Shown here: piece by piece, positions 1 to 12,000 of the stretch
Position numbering within the stretch: the first letter of the stretch is position 1
Layout of the letters: every line of letters begins with the position of its first letter
NCBI GenBank assembly: GCA_903873295.1
Contig: CAIQNV010000064.1
Span: 29,049 to 93,048 of the forward strand
Reading direction: 5' to 3'
Length of the DNA: 64,000 bases
From: an uncultured Elusimicrobia bacterium
GTDB taxonomy: Bacteria > Elusimicrobiota > Elusimicrobia > Elusimicrobiales > UBA9959
Translations under genes and position numbers: made by a program
The notes under the pieces: generated by a model
Database searches by the model: none
What the model was told of the DNA's origin: nothing
What the model saw: only the letters and a program-made list of their open reading frames with translations

Positions 1-23
1 CACCGGAAACTGGCGCCCCCTCC

Positions 24-3000
24 CTAGTGTATCACACCTATCTTGCGCATTATTACCTTGCTGCCTTTGGGACTGGAGGCTTTTACGCGCACTATATAGC
101 CGCCTTTCGACACGGTCCCGCCCAGGCCGTTCTGACCGTTCCAGAGCACATGGTTCGTCCCCGGTTTGCCGCCTTCCGAACCGCTTGAGAATTTAAATTC
201 GCGCACCACGTAGCCAAGGAGGTCATAGATCGTCATCGACACCTCGGCATTATCATTTAAGATATAAACGATATCAACCCTTCCTTCAACCCCGCCCTTG
301 CGCAGGTCCACGGGGTTCGGATAACTGGAAAGATTGCTCAGCAATTCCGAGCCTATGGTAGTTCCGGCCGGGGTGGAAACAGGAGACCATTCCGAGTGTT
401 GTCCGGCGAAGTTCCAGCTGCGCACCCTGTAGGTGTAATAAGTGCCCAACAGCCTCGGCGTTTCTCCCGGCACCGAAGTATCTCCGATCGTATAAATGTT
501 ATTTATGGCTCCGCCCGTCTTGAAGCCGGGGATGGCCGCCACCGTCTTCCATGCGGGGCTGATGCCGACGCGCTCCTGTACCTCGTAGGACATAATATTG
601 GATTCCGCGTCCACCGCCGAGTCCCATTTGAGCGTGTAAGCCTGCCCTGAAGCCTGGCCCATGGCCACCTGCGGCTCCGGGGCGCCGGGCGTTGTGGGAT
701 AGGTGGTGTCTATGCGGTAGATCATTATCGGCATCCCGTTCACGTTAGGGACATAGCGCCCGTCGGCCATCACGCCGCGCACCGACATGACATAGCCGCG
801 GTCGGAAACGGTCTCTCCCCAGGAGGTATGGAACCCCTTGAAGGAGCCCTGCACGCCCCGCTCGACTATCTTGAACATGACGGCATCGAGCTTATTAACC
901 AGCATTATCTCATTGCCTACATACACTACACCCTCGTCGGAGAACCCTTCGGTGGACTGCACGGTGAAGGAGGAGGAATTAATGTCTATGCGGCTGACCA
1001 GCCGGGTAAAGTGTCCGGGCGACAGGGCCACGTTGGTAACCTTGCCGGACAGCGCCGTCCCCGCCGGCTGCCAGGAGTTCTTTATCCCGGTGGGATCGGA
1101 GAAGCTGTCCCCGAGCGAGAGCTCGTATGAGACCACGGGCCCGGAGGCCGGGCTCCACATCGCCGACAGCTCGGTGGCTTTGGCGGACCAGACGGAGGGC
1201 ACGGCGCCAAGATCGGAAACAGCCAGCAGCAGCTTGGAATTTTTAACGTTGTCGCCGACAAAATAAAGCGGCTTGCCGGCGCCGTCGTCTATCACGCGGT
1301 CCGGCACATAGTCCATGTTGGTATCTAAGTCCAGGAAATTATCCCCGTCTATGTCGAACGAGGGCAGGCCGGAGTTATTGAGGCTGATATTGCGGCATTT
1401 ACCGGTGCCGTAGAAGTCCAGGTTGTCCGGGATGCCGTCCCCGTTTATATCTATCAGCGGCTCTCCGGCGGCGCAGCCGGCGGGCGGTTTATTGTAGATC
1501 CAGCGGCTGGCATCGGCCAGCGGTATATTGCCGGCTCCCGTTACCACGTTGCCGCCGGCATCCAGCTTAGCGAAGGCGGGGTAGCCGTTGGAAGCCACCA
1601 TCACCGGGCTGTAAACCGGCGTCAGGGGAATAATGGCCGGAGAGATCAACACCTGGTTGGACGTCATCGGGTAGCTGTCGGTCAGATATTGGCCGGCGGT
1701 AAGCGGCAGGCCGCTCAGACCGTGCAGGTCGGCAAAGGCGCTCAGCGACAGACTGACGAGGTGCGCCATGGTGTCGGAGTTGGAGAGATCGGTGGACGAA
1801 CTGATGTCGCAGGTGAGGTGTATGATGACCGCGCCGGTCGAAATCACCAGGTAGGGCAGGTTGCCGTCCTTTATGTTCACCACGATGCCGTTCTTGAACG
1901 GGTTGGTGGCAGAATGCATCGTATAGCCCAGACGGTAGTCCGTTATAGGGTTGAAAGCGCCGTCGCCGTCATCCTTCCAGAGGGAAACGCCGGTGAGGTC
2001 TCCGTCGCCGTAGCCCGCAGTCGCGCCGCTGATGCTGCCGGCCTGCGCGAAACTGATCTGGCCTATGGCCACGTAGTCGGACAGCGTGGAAAGGCTGAAG
2101 GTCAGCATCGGCACGTTCCGGGTGTTCTTCTCCACCGATTTGGGCGCGACGTCCGAGCCGGTCACCGCGAGCGTTACGGACTGTACAGGCACCAGGCTGG
2201 AGCTGAACGGATAGGCGTCCGAATAGGAGCCCTTAGGCAGCGTATTGGTCACTCCCATATAGATACTGGGTGAAACGTCGTGGGGAATATTGACTACCAG
2301 CCAGGATTTATCGCGCACCATCAGGCCCACTTTATTGGACTTAACGGCAGTTTCGCCTATGTCGTACACGCCGAAATAAGTCTGCGGCAGCGGGCTTAAG
2401 GTCTGCCCCTGGGAGAGGGTGATCGACATCTGGGTGTTGAGCGGATTATCCTGGTCGAAGAGGTCGACCTTGCGCGCGGCGGACAGGGCCGGGTGGGTAA
2501 TGAGCGGTGTCGCGAGAGAGCCCAGTTTATCGCCCCTTGAAATGATATTCAGGTACGGCTTTCCGGAAGGGGCGGTGCCGCTGCCGGAGTAGGAGACAAG
2601 TTCGGAGTCGCTGAGATAGAGGCGGCCTTCGGACGGGAAGCCGGCAGTGGATTGCACCACCAGCCGGAACGGAACGGTGTCGGTGGAAGTGAAGAGCGCG
2701 GCCAGCGAGGTCGCGGCCTCCGAGATGTTCGTGTCGCCGGCGTCGAACAGGTCGTTCTGGTTGGAGTCCTGGTAGATGGAGACGAACTTGACGTCGGTGT
2801 TCACGCCGAAGGGCGTGGTGGGGTCGTTGGAAGCGCCGGTGCGCTGCAGCTTTATGGCGCTCCAGCGGGCGTTGCCGGCCTCCGTGGCCAGATTAAAGCG
2901 GGCCATGGGCACCCCGGCCTGCGCCTGGGTCACGCCGCCGGTCTGCACCAGCGCGGCCGCCATATCGTTGGCGCCCAGCGCCACTTTGGACGGGATCTCC

Positions 3001-6000
3001 GCCACCGGCATCGGCAGGGTGCTGACGGGCCAGGTTGAAAGAGAGATAGTGTGGGGGCTGCTTATCACAAAATCCGCCGCCGAATTTATCGTAAGCCCCG
3101 CATTGGAACCCACCAGGGCGAACTGGGAGATGTCGTAACTTATGAAAGCGCAGGACGGCGTGGTGGTGACGTTGATAGCCGTCTTCAGCGCTATATTGAC
3201 GGTGCCGGAAGAGTAGGCCTCGTTGCCGTAGCTCATAAGGTTAGGATAAAATCCGATAGTGGTGGTGGACGTATCCGCGGAGTCCAGCAGGCAGTTGCCG
3301 TTCGAATCGCTCCAGACCTTTATCAGGTCGATGTCCGAATCGTTGGCGGTGCCGCGGCGGCTCAGCTTTATCGCCTCGACCTGCGCGGAGGTCTTATCCG
3401 CCTGCATGCGCATGACCAGCACGCCGACATTCTTGTCGTTCTGCACTACCGACGCCGGGGAGATGTCTTCCGGAGTAAGCAGAATATTGTTGAGCGTAGG
3501 CATCACCACGGTGACGGGCCCCTCGGCCGGCGTCAGGAACTTCGCGCTGTGGCCGGAGTTGTCCGGCCCGAAGATAAAGTTGGTCTCGGACGGGACTTCG
3601 ATGCCCAGCACGTCGTTCTGCGGCGTCAGCTTCTCGTGGGAGAACCTGGAAGTCGCGGCGATATCCATGGTCACGAAGAACACGGTGGGGGCGTTGCTTA
3701 CTACCACGTAATCCTGGTTGATAAGGGCCGGGTCGACCACGTAAATGGTCGCCCTGCCCGTGAAGTCGCCCACGCCGAAGCGCCCGGAACCTACCAGCAC
3801 GTCGGCGGTATTCGTGCCGCTGCCGGAGTCGCGGTCGAATACGCCGTTGCCGTTATCCTTCCAGATCTTTATCATGCCGACGTCGGAATCGTACCCGTAG
3901 AGGCCGGCGGGCAGCTTGCGGAACAGCCTTAAGCCGCGCCAGCGGACGCCGTAGCCGGAAGTCGTGATCGTCATTTTCATGTAGGGGAAATTTTCCGTGC
4001 CCTGGGAAACCATGCCGCCGACCAGGGTATTGGAGCTGTGGCCGACGGCCGCCGTGTTGAAAGCGCCCCTGATGACCGTAGTCAGCGCGCCGTTGGCGGT
4101 GCCATAATAGCGCACTATCTCGTTGTCCGCCACGAGGTAGCCGGACGAAGGGAGTCCGGCCGTGGAAACCACCAGCCAGGCGGAGTCCGTAGTGCCTGAG
4201 GGAAGCCCGCCGAAGATATCCTGCGCCAGGCGCGTGGAAAGCTCGGATGCCCCCCCCCCGGGAGAGAAGACCGGCTCGGTCAGCACCGTCACGGTGCTGG
4301 GGGCGGAGATGATCTCCCTGGCCCTGGAGGAGAAGGTCAGGTTGGAATCCGCCGGTGAGAAGTAATTCGGGAGAGAGATCGAGTTCTTGGAAGGATCCTC
4401 CGTCCCGGGGCTGTTCTGCGGGAAGGACTCGGTCTTCAGGTAGGCGCCCAGGTAGCGCGTATTGCCCAGCGCGTCGTTGGGCATGGCCGATTCTTTTATA
4501 TCGTAGGTGATGAAGTAGCGCTGGGAGAGCGCGTCCGCTTTAGCTTCGGCCGAAGTGACCACGCGCTGCGGAGCGACCTCCACTCTGGCCGCCAGCGGGC
4601 CGAAGATAGTGTTGCCGAAGGCGCCGGAGCCGATCATTTCGTCGCCGGCGCCCAGGACGCCGTTGTTATCCTTGTCGTACCAGATCTTCACCGTAGTGAC
4701 GTCGTTCATGGCGGTGGCTTCCTTAACCACCGTGCCGGTGGCGTAAACCATCATCCAGCGCCAGACCGCGTCGGACACGCCGGTCTTTATGGTGAAGGTC
4801 AATATCGCCTGGTCGACGGCCTTCTGCTGCAGCGTATCCCCGGTGATCGTATCGGTGGCCGTTACGATGACGGCGTCGGGATATTCCGCCACGCGGCCTA
4901 TCAGCGAAAGGGTCTTGCCGGGGCTCATGACGCCAATATTGGCGGGACTCATGAATTTGGGCGAATCGATATAGAAGTAGTCCGTGGAGCGTATGGCCAT
5001 GCCCAGATAGGAGAAATTCGAGGCATAAGCCAGGGGGCTTATGTCATAGGTGACGAAGTAATCCTTGGGCGTGGTGTAAATGACCTGGCCGTCCAGGCTG
5101 CCGTTCTCGCCTATCAGCGGCAGCACGGCCTGGCCGGACACCACGGTGCCGCTGGCCCAGGCTACTGCGGAGGTGCCCTCCGCGCCGCGGGTAAGCCCGC
5201 TGAAAGTGTTGGTAAGCACGTTGACGGTGGAGTAGTAGACGACTTCCTTCAGCGCGGGATCTTCCTGGTCGTCGTTGATTATCAGCCTGCCCGGCGCGCG
5301 CGGGAAAGGGCTGTCGGCCTGGAAAAACTTCTGGATATCGTTGACGCGGATGCCCGTGTCGTCAAGCTTCAGCGGGAGCCTGAGCGCGTCGTACGGGAAG
5401 GTCCGGAGCTGGGAGCCCGGCAGAGCCACCTCGGTATCCTTCACCGTGGTGGTGGTCTCCAGCAGGCCGTCGCCGGTGGAATCGTACCAGAGATTTATCT
5501 TAGTAACGTCGGTGACCTTGTTCCAGGCCGGCGTGTCGCCGTTCTCGGAGGCTGTCACCCAGCGGTCCAGCTTGAGCCCGCGCCAGACCGCGGAACCGCT
5601 GGTGTCCTTTATCTTCAGCGTGAGGCGGGCCACGACCTTATTCACGTCGCTCTGCGTCACGTAAGAGGGTTTGCTGAAGCCGTTCGGAGCGGAATTGTTG
5701 ACGTCGAACAGATAAACCATGTCCGAGGTGGCGTACAGCGGCACGATGGAGGAAACGATGGGGGCGAAAGCCCCGACCACGCCGTCCAGCAGGCTGACGG
5801 CCGAAGTTTCAAGGCGGGCCCCGTGGGTTACCATGGTGTCGGGGGACAGCGGCATAGGGGAAGCGGCGGCGTTCGGGGCGAACTCGTAAACCACGAAGTA
5901 CGTGCGGGTGCTTACGGTGACCATACCGTCCACGGTGGGGTTGTAAAGCGGCAGCACGAAGGTCCCCGGATCGGAGGAGTTGTAAGTGGGCGGATCGGAG

Positions 6001-9000
6001 GGGTCGGTCACCTCTTTGTCCAGAGCCTTGTCGAAGGTCCCGTTGCCGTTGTCGTCGAGGAACAGGCGCACGCTCAGCAGGTCCGCGCCGGAGCCGGAGC
6101 CGGTCTTGATTATCTTGAAGGACCTTATCGTGCCGACGAAGTTCTCCGTCCAGGCCTGGATGGCCAGGAAACCGGCGCGGTCCAGCCCCTGCTCTACATA
6201 GGCTGACTGGGCGGCGTCGGTGCCGGACTTCCACCAGGCGCCTATGTCGGTGCCTTTGATATGGACGATGGCCGGCGTGTTGCGCACCGGCGCGGTGGAG
6301 GTCGCTATCGGGAAATTATTATAAGCCACGCCCACCAGGGTGGAATTCAGCACCACGAATTCCGGGCTGTCCATGACCAGCGCGAAGTTGCTCGGCGTAG
6401 CGGCCGCTGTCGACATGCGCACCGCGAAAAAGAAATTGCGGGGCACGAGGCTGGAGACTATGGAGGCCAGCGGGACCTTAACATTGAGGTCCTCGAATTT
6501 CCAGCCCGTCAGCCCGGTGTCGTAGGTGCCCGAGGACATGAAGGTATCCACCGGCGAGCCGTTGAGCACGGTCTCACCGTCGAAAAGGCCGGGGACGCCG
6601 GCCGTCAGGCTGTCGGCGTACATATTTATCTGGACTATGTCCGAGTAGGGCAGCGTGCCGGAGTTCTTAACCAGCACCGACTTCATCGAAGCCGACGGCG
6701 CGCCTGTCGGGAAGGTCTGCATAGTGAGGCGCAGTATAGGCACCGGGGCGGGAGCGTCGGTCGTGACGCCGTCGCCCTGGTAGATGGCTGACCTGGTTAT
6801 GCCGATAGAAGTTTTGGCTGCCGGCATCGGGTCCTCGGGCGCGATATCCCTCGGGGTCACCACGAGACCGGCCAGCACTACGTCCGCGCTGGAGTACTGC
6901 GTCAGGCCGCCGCGGCCGCTGTCGCCGGTATAGCCGAAGATCGCGGGGGTATTGTAATCGGTCGCGTTCACCTTCAGTGACTCCACTAACGTATCCTGCA
7001 CCAGCAGCTGGTGCTCGCCGCGGTCGTCCGGAGTGAAGGTGTAGTCGGTAGTATTCGGCGGAGGAAAAGCCCACAGATCGAACCAGCCCTTCCCGTTGGC
7101 GGACATTTTTATCTTGCCTGTATAATACCTGCCGTTCATGGCATCGCCGGTGGCTATGTTGCCGAACTGGTCGCGGGCGCGCACGGTCAGGTAGCCGGGA
7201 GAGTTCACGCGCAGCGGACTGCTCAGCGTGTAGTTGTGGTGAAGCGTGAAATAGGTAGCGACGTCGGGAGTGATATACTGGCCCTGGCTTATGGCCGGCA
7301 GCGTCACGCCGTAGAGGGAGATACCGGCATTGGCGATGATAGTGGCCGTGCCCACCTGAGTGTCCCAGACGTAAATGCTGGCGTAAGAGTAACCCGGCGG
7401 GATGTTAAGGGAAACAGTACTAATAAGCGACTTCCAGGCGGGGTTCGTGGAAAGCACCGGCGAGGACGGGTCCACGCCGCCGCGGGTAGTGTTCCGCAGC
7501 GACGAGAAGCGCACCGTAACATCCGCGGAGGTGGTGGTATTGTTCTCGTAGCGGTCCCTGAGCACCACGGTTAATACGGTAGTTGTGGATACGCCTGCCG
7601 CGGCGGGCGGGCCGACGGAAAAGCCTTCATACTGCAAAGTAGTGCCGGCCACCAGGCGGCGCGGCGGGGTATAGAACAGCATATGGTCCGGCTGCGCCGG
7701 CCTGACGGTATAAGAGGAAACGGCCGGGATCCAATTCCTGACCAGCTTGGTGTTCACGGTCAACTGGTGCGTGGGCGAGGAGGTCAGGGTATCTATCAGA
7801 TAGAAGCTGGTGGAAGCCTGCTCCAGCGACATCCTGGCCGTGCCGGGCTTGGACACAAAGCCGACCGCGTCGGGAGCGGCGAATTTCACGTCGCCAAGAG
7901 AGGTGGAGTTCAGGGCAAAAGCGACCCCGGCGCCGACGGAATCCTCCTGCCCGCTCATCAGGGGGGTGGGATTGCCGTAAATATCCTCTATGGACAGCAT
8001 GAACCGCTGCGAGATCACGCCCGCCGTCAGTATCTGACCGGCGTTCTGGCTTACGTTGATGCGGGAAGTTATGTCCGGCAGGATCGTAACCGACTGGGTA
8101 GAGGCGAACCAGCTCTCTCTCTCCGGCACGGAAAGCTTCAGGATGGGCCTGACCGGCGCGGCCGAGGAGGCATAGACGCCGGAGGCCGTGGTGTCAAGAT
8201 AATAAAAAGCGGTAGCGTAGGCATTGAGCGGTATCGCCACATAAGATACCGTAGAGGCGAATACCGGCGGAAAGGCGCCGAAGGCGATGCCGCTTGACGC
8301 CGAGAAGGAGAACGAATCGTTCAGCCTAGAGGCCTGGCGCGTATAGGTGGAGAGCAGCACCTGCACCGGCACCGTGGCCACGGAAGGGTTGCTGAACAGG
8401 TCCCGCAGCTCGGCCTTGAACGCCTGAGCGTCGCCAAGTATGTTCGTGATCTTCCCTGCTGTCATTGAGCGCGGAGCGTTGCCGAAAGCCACCTGGGCCA
8501 CTTCCGCCGGGTTGACGCGCAGCTGATGCGTAGTTTTGTTAGCGCTCTTGCCGTCGCCGAAGCTGGCCTCCAGCTGCCAGTAGCCGGGCCTGCCGCCCTC
8601 GTAACTGTTTTTATCCGGGGACAAGCCGGAATAGGAGGAAGTCCTGTCGTGATAGCGGAAGGACGCCCTGCTCTGGGTCGGCTGTATGGTGACGGCGGAA
8701 ACAAACAACTCGTTAGCCGTATCGCGGAAGCCGTAATCGCCCGCGCTGACGGGAGTGCCCATGACCCGGCCCAGCCCGGTATGCACCGCCACCTGCTCCG
8801 CGGGCAGGTTCAGGGAAACGTCGGTCTGCCCCTGCTTGGTCACATTGTCCCAGTCGTCGCGGCGCTCCACCGTGAAGGACGCGCCCGTTCCGGCCATTTC
8901 CTTTATCCCGGCCATAGCCTCGGCCTGGCTGGAGACATAGACCAGCTTGGAAGGCACGCCGCCGGTGGTGATAAGCTGGCCGCTAAGATTCTGCCTGGCT

Positions 9001-12000
9001 GCGGCGTAGCTGCCGTATGCCGCCTGATCAAGCGTGAAGGTCCCGACCCACACGCGGGCCCAATCACCGGCCTTGCTCGAGACCTGGTAAGCCAGCGGAG
9101 TTGAAATACCTACCCCGCCCGCGGCATCCGTATAAACCAGCGTGGAAACATTGACATCGGTCCAGCTCAGCCCGCTCTTGTACTGCAGCACGCCGGTCGA
9201 GCCGTAAACCTCGGCTACGGATACATACGCAGGCAGCCCGGCCGAAGAGATATTGTTATCGAAGGTGTCGGTGAGCTGGGCGGTAAGCACCTGCACGCCG
9301 CGGCCCTCCGTTGTATTGTAACCGGCGGGAACCTCGACATCGGAGTTCGGGCTGACGTGGTAGACGGCGGGAGGGCCCGCTAATACGTACAGGCTTAACA
9401 GCGGGCTCACGCCGACGGACTGGCTGGACTGGTCATGCGCGCCGATAAAGTCGATGCCGGCCTTGCGCAGCGTAAACCAGTTAACCAGGTTTTTTACGCC
9501 GAAGTCAGCGGAATAATAAGTGGTGGACAGAGCCGTCAGCCCAGGGTCCTGAAGATGGTTGCTCTGGGCGGTAACGACAAAAGCGGCGGTGCCGAGGTAG
9601 ACGTTGGGCCCCGTGGAGCAGATATTGTCGTAGGCGTCCTTTACATAAAGCAGCGCCGAAAAAGGCGTGCCCGCTACCACGGTGGTGGAAGTCACCACAT
9701 AAACCATGCCGGCCGCCGGGCCGGGGTTGACGGTCAGGGTAGAAATTCCGGACTGGTAATAGACCGAAGAGGTCGCGGAGGTGGCGGCCAGCACGGTGTA
9801 GGTGCTGATAGAGGTGCGCGTGTCCAGCTCGAACACGGCGCTGCCGTTGGCAAGAGTCTGTACGGCAGGCACGACGCCTTTAGGGTCGCCGGGCATGGTG
9901 ACGCGCACTCCCGGCATTACGGCCGCGGGGTTGGTGTCCTGCGCCGAACCTGACCCCTCAGTGGCCCTGTTAAAGAACATGTCGGTGAGGTAAACCCGGG
10001 CGAAAAGCGACCCGGTTCCTATGGTATGCTGCGCCGGAGGGCCGCTGCGGCCGGGCCAGTCCAGCGCAGTATTTTTACAGGGTCCGCCGGCGCACTTCCC
10101 TTCCACCAGGGTCTGCCCGGGCAGCACGACTTCGAGGCGCACCGCGGTAGAGGCATAAACCCTGAAGGAAACCTTAGAAGCGGCGTCGTCCATGCGGCAC
10201 TCGCCCACATTAGTGCCGGCGTCGCCCGGGTTGCCGGAGCAGACATAGTTATCCGCGAGGCCGACAGAGTACACTTTAACAGAAGCGGGGTTAGCTTTTG
10301 TAACCAGATTCAGCGGCGCCTGCAGCGTGCCGTAGCTCATAGGCGCGCTGGCGGGGTCGATGTCATAAGTGTCGGAAGTGACAAGGTAGACGGTAGGCCC
10401 GACCGACAGGTCCTGATAGACGTTCATGTATTTGTCCACCAGATTTACCGTGGCGCTGAAGCCCGTGCCGGCCGTCTGCGTGGACGCGCTCAGAATTTTT
10501 CCGCCAGAAGGATAGTTGCCGGAGCCGGGCACAGCCGTCTCGCCCGGCAGCAGCAGCTGCAGCCCGACCGGAGCGGCGGGCCGCACGGTAAAAGTGGAGG
10601 ACTGCGGAGAATCGGACAGACCCGAGGAGCCGAAGTCGGAAGCGGCCAGGTAATGCGTCGCCGCCCTGCGCATGCTTACGTAGATCTGGTCAGTAGTGTA
10701 GCCGGAGGCGATATCGATGGACGCGGTGCTGACCGCCGGCGCGTAGATGTCGGTGGGCGTCTTGACTTTCACGTCCGCCGGCCTGCCGGGCACAAGATTA
10801 AAGTAATCGTCCACCACGCCCACGCGCACCTTGAAATCCGAACTGCCCGCGCTGGTTGTCTCCGGAACCCCGGCTTTGCCGTTCGCCGAGCCCTGGCTGA
10901 ACGATTCGCCCGGCAGCAGCAACAGCAGGCGGCGCGGCACGCCGGGGGCCACGTTTACCGTCGTGGCTATATCCTCGGACAGAGTGGGACCTCCGTCAAG
11001 CCCGGGCGGGACCATTTCCGCCCTTAAGACGGTGCTGCCGGCCCTTACGGGCGCAACCGTAAAAGCAGCCGAGCCGATTATCACCTGGGAGCCCGGGGTT
11101 ACCACGGCAGAGGGATCGTCGGTTATAAGTCTTATTTCCTGGCTGGCCCCGGGGGTGAGGTTCCAGAAGGCGTCCGTAATATCCACGGTAACGGTGAAGG
11201 AGACACCCGCCTTCTGGCCGGCGGCGGCGCCGGAGCGGCCGTTCCCGGTGGAACCGGCCACGCGGCTTTCACCGGGGAGCAGCGCGCGCAGCCTGGTGGG
11301 CGTATTGGGGATCAGCAGGAAACCGCTGCTGGTGATGTTCCCCAGCTGGGGGTTACTCCCGCTCCAGTCGGTAACCGTCAAAGTCCTCTGCCCGGCTGTG
11401 CGGAGATCGATATTGCTGACGGTAACGCTGCCGCCCGTCATGCCGAAGTCGCCTGAACCGCTCGTAAACGGCACGTTCGCGAACGGGTCGTCCGAAGTTG
11501 CGCGTATGGTCTTATTCAACCCGGAGCCCGGAACCCGGTTATAGCGGGAATCGGCCGCGTAAACCTGCGCGTCAAAGGGAATACCGGCCGTTTGTGTAGA
11601 AATGCCGCCCTCAACGCCATAAGGCGCAATAACCTTGCCGGGCACAAGGTACTGGTCGCGCAGTTGTATTATCAGGCGGGAAGCCGTTCCCGGGTCCACG
11701 ACTATGCCTGAGTCGGTGCCGGTGGAAAGCTTAGCCGGGATGCTGTCATAGTCGACGGCGTCTATCACCAGGTTCGAGGTGGCGGCGCTGGGCATAAAGC
11801 CCTCTATCTCGGCTATGCCGCCGGCCAGCGACTGGGCCGGCGGGTGCACGGCATAGATGTCGTTGGAGTAAAGCCTGACGATGCGGCCGTCTGCGGGAGT
11901 GAGGTTGTTGTAAATATCCACGGCCCGCACGGTAATTGTATAGGTCGTACCCGCCGTCAGCGGGCCGGCCGTGCCGGTCTTACCGCTGAGAACGCCCTCC

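Noticed and set aside
27-330. I considered calling the giant protein a bona fide type IX secretion substrate.
   Set aside because: Only the C-terminal domain pattern supports this. No T9SS component is visible in the window, and FlgD-Ig-like C-terminal domains also occur outside T9SS-bearing lineages. I kept it as a hypothesis in the findings.
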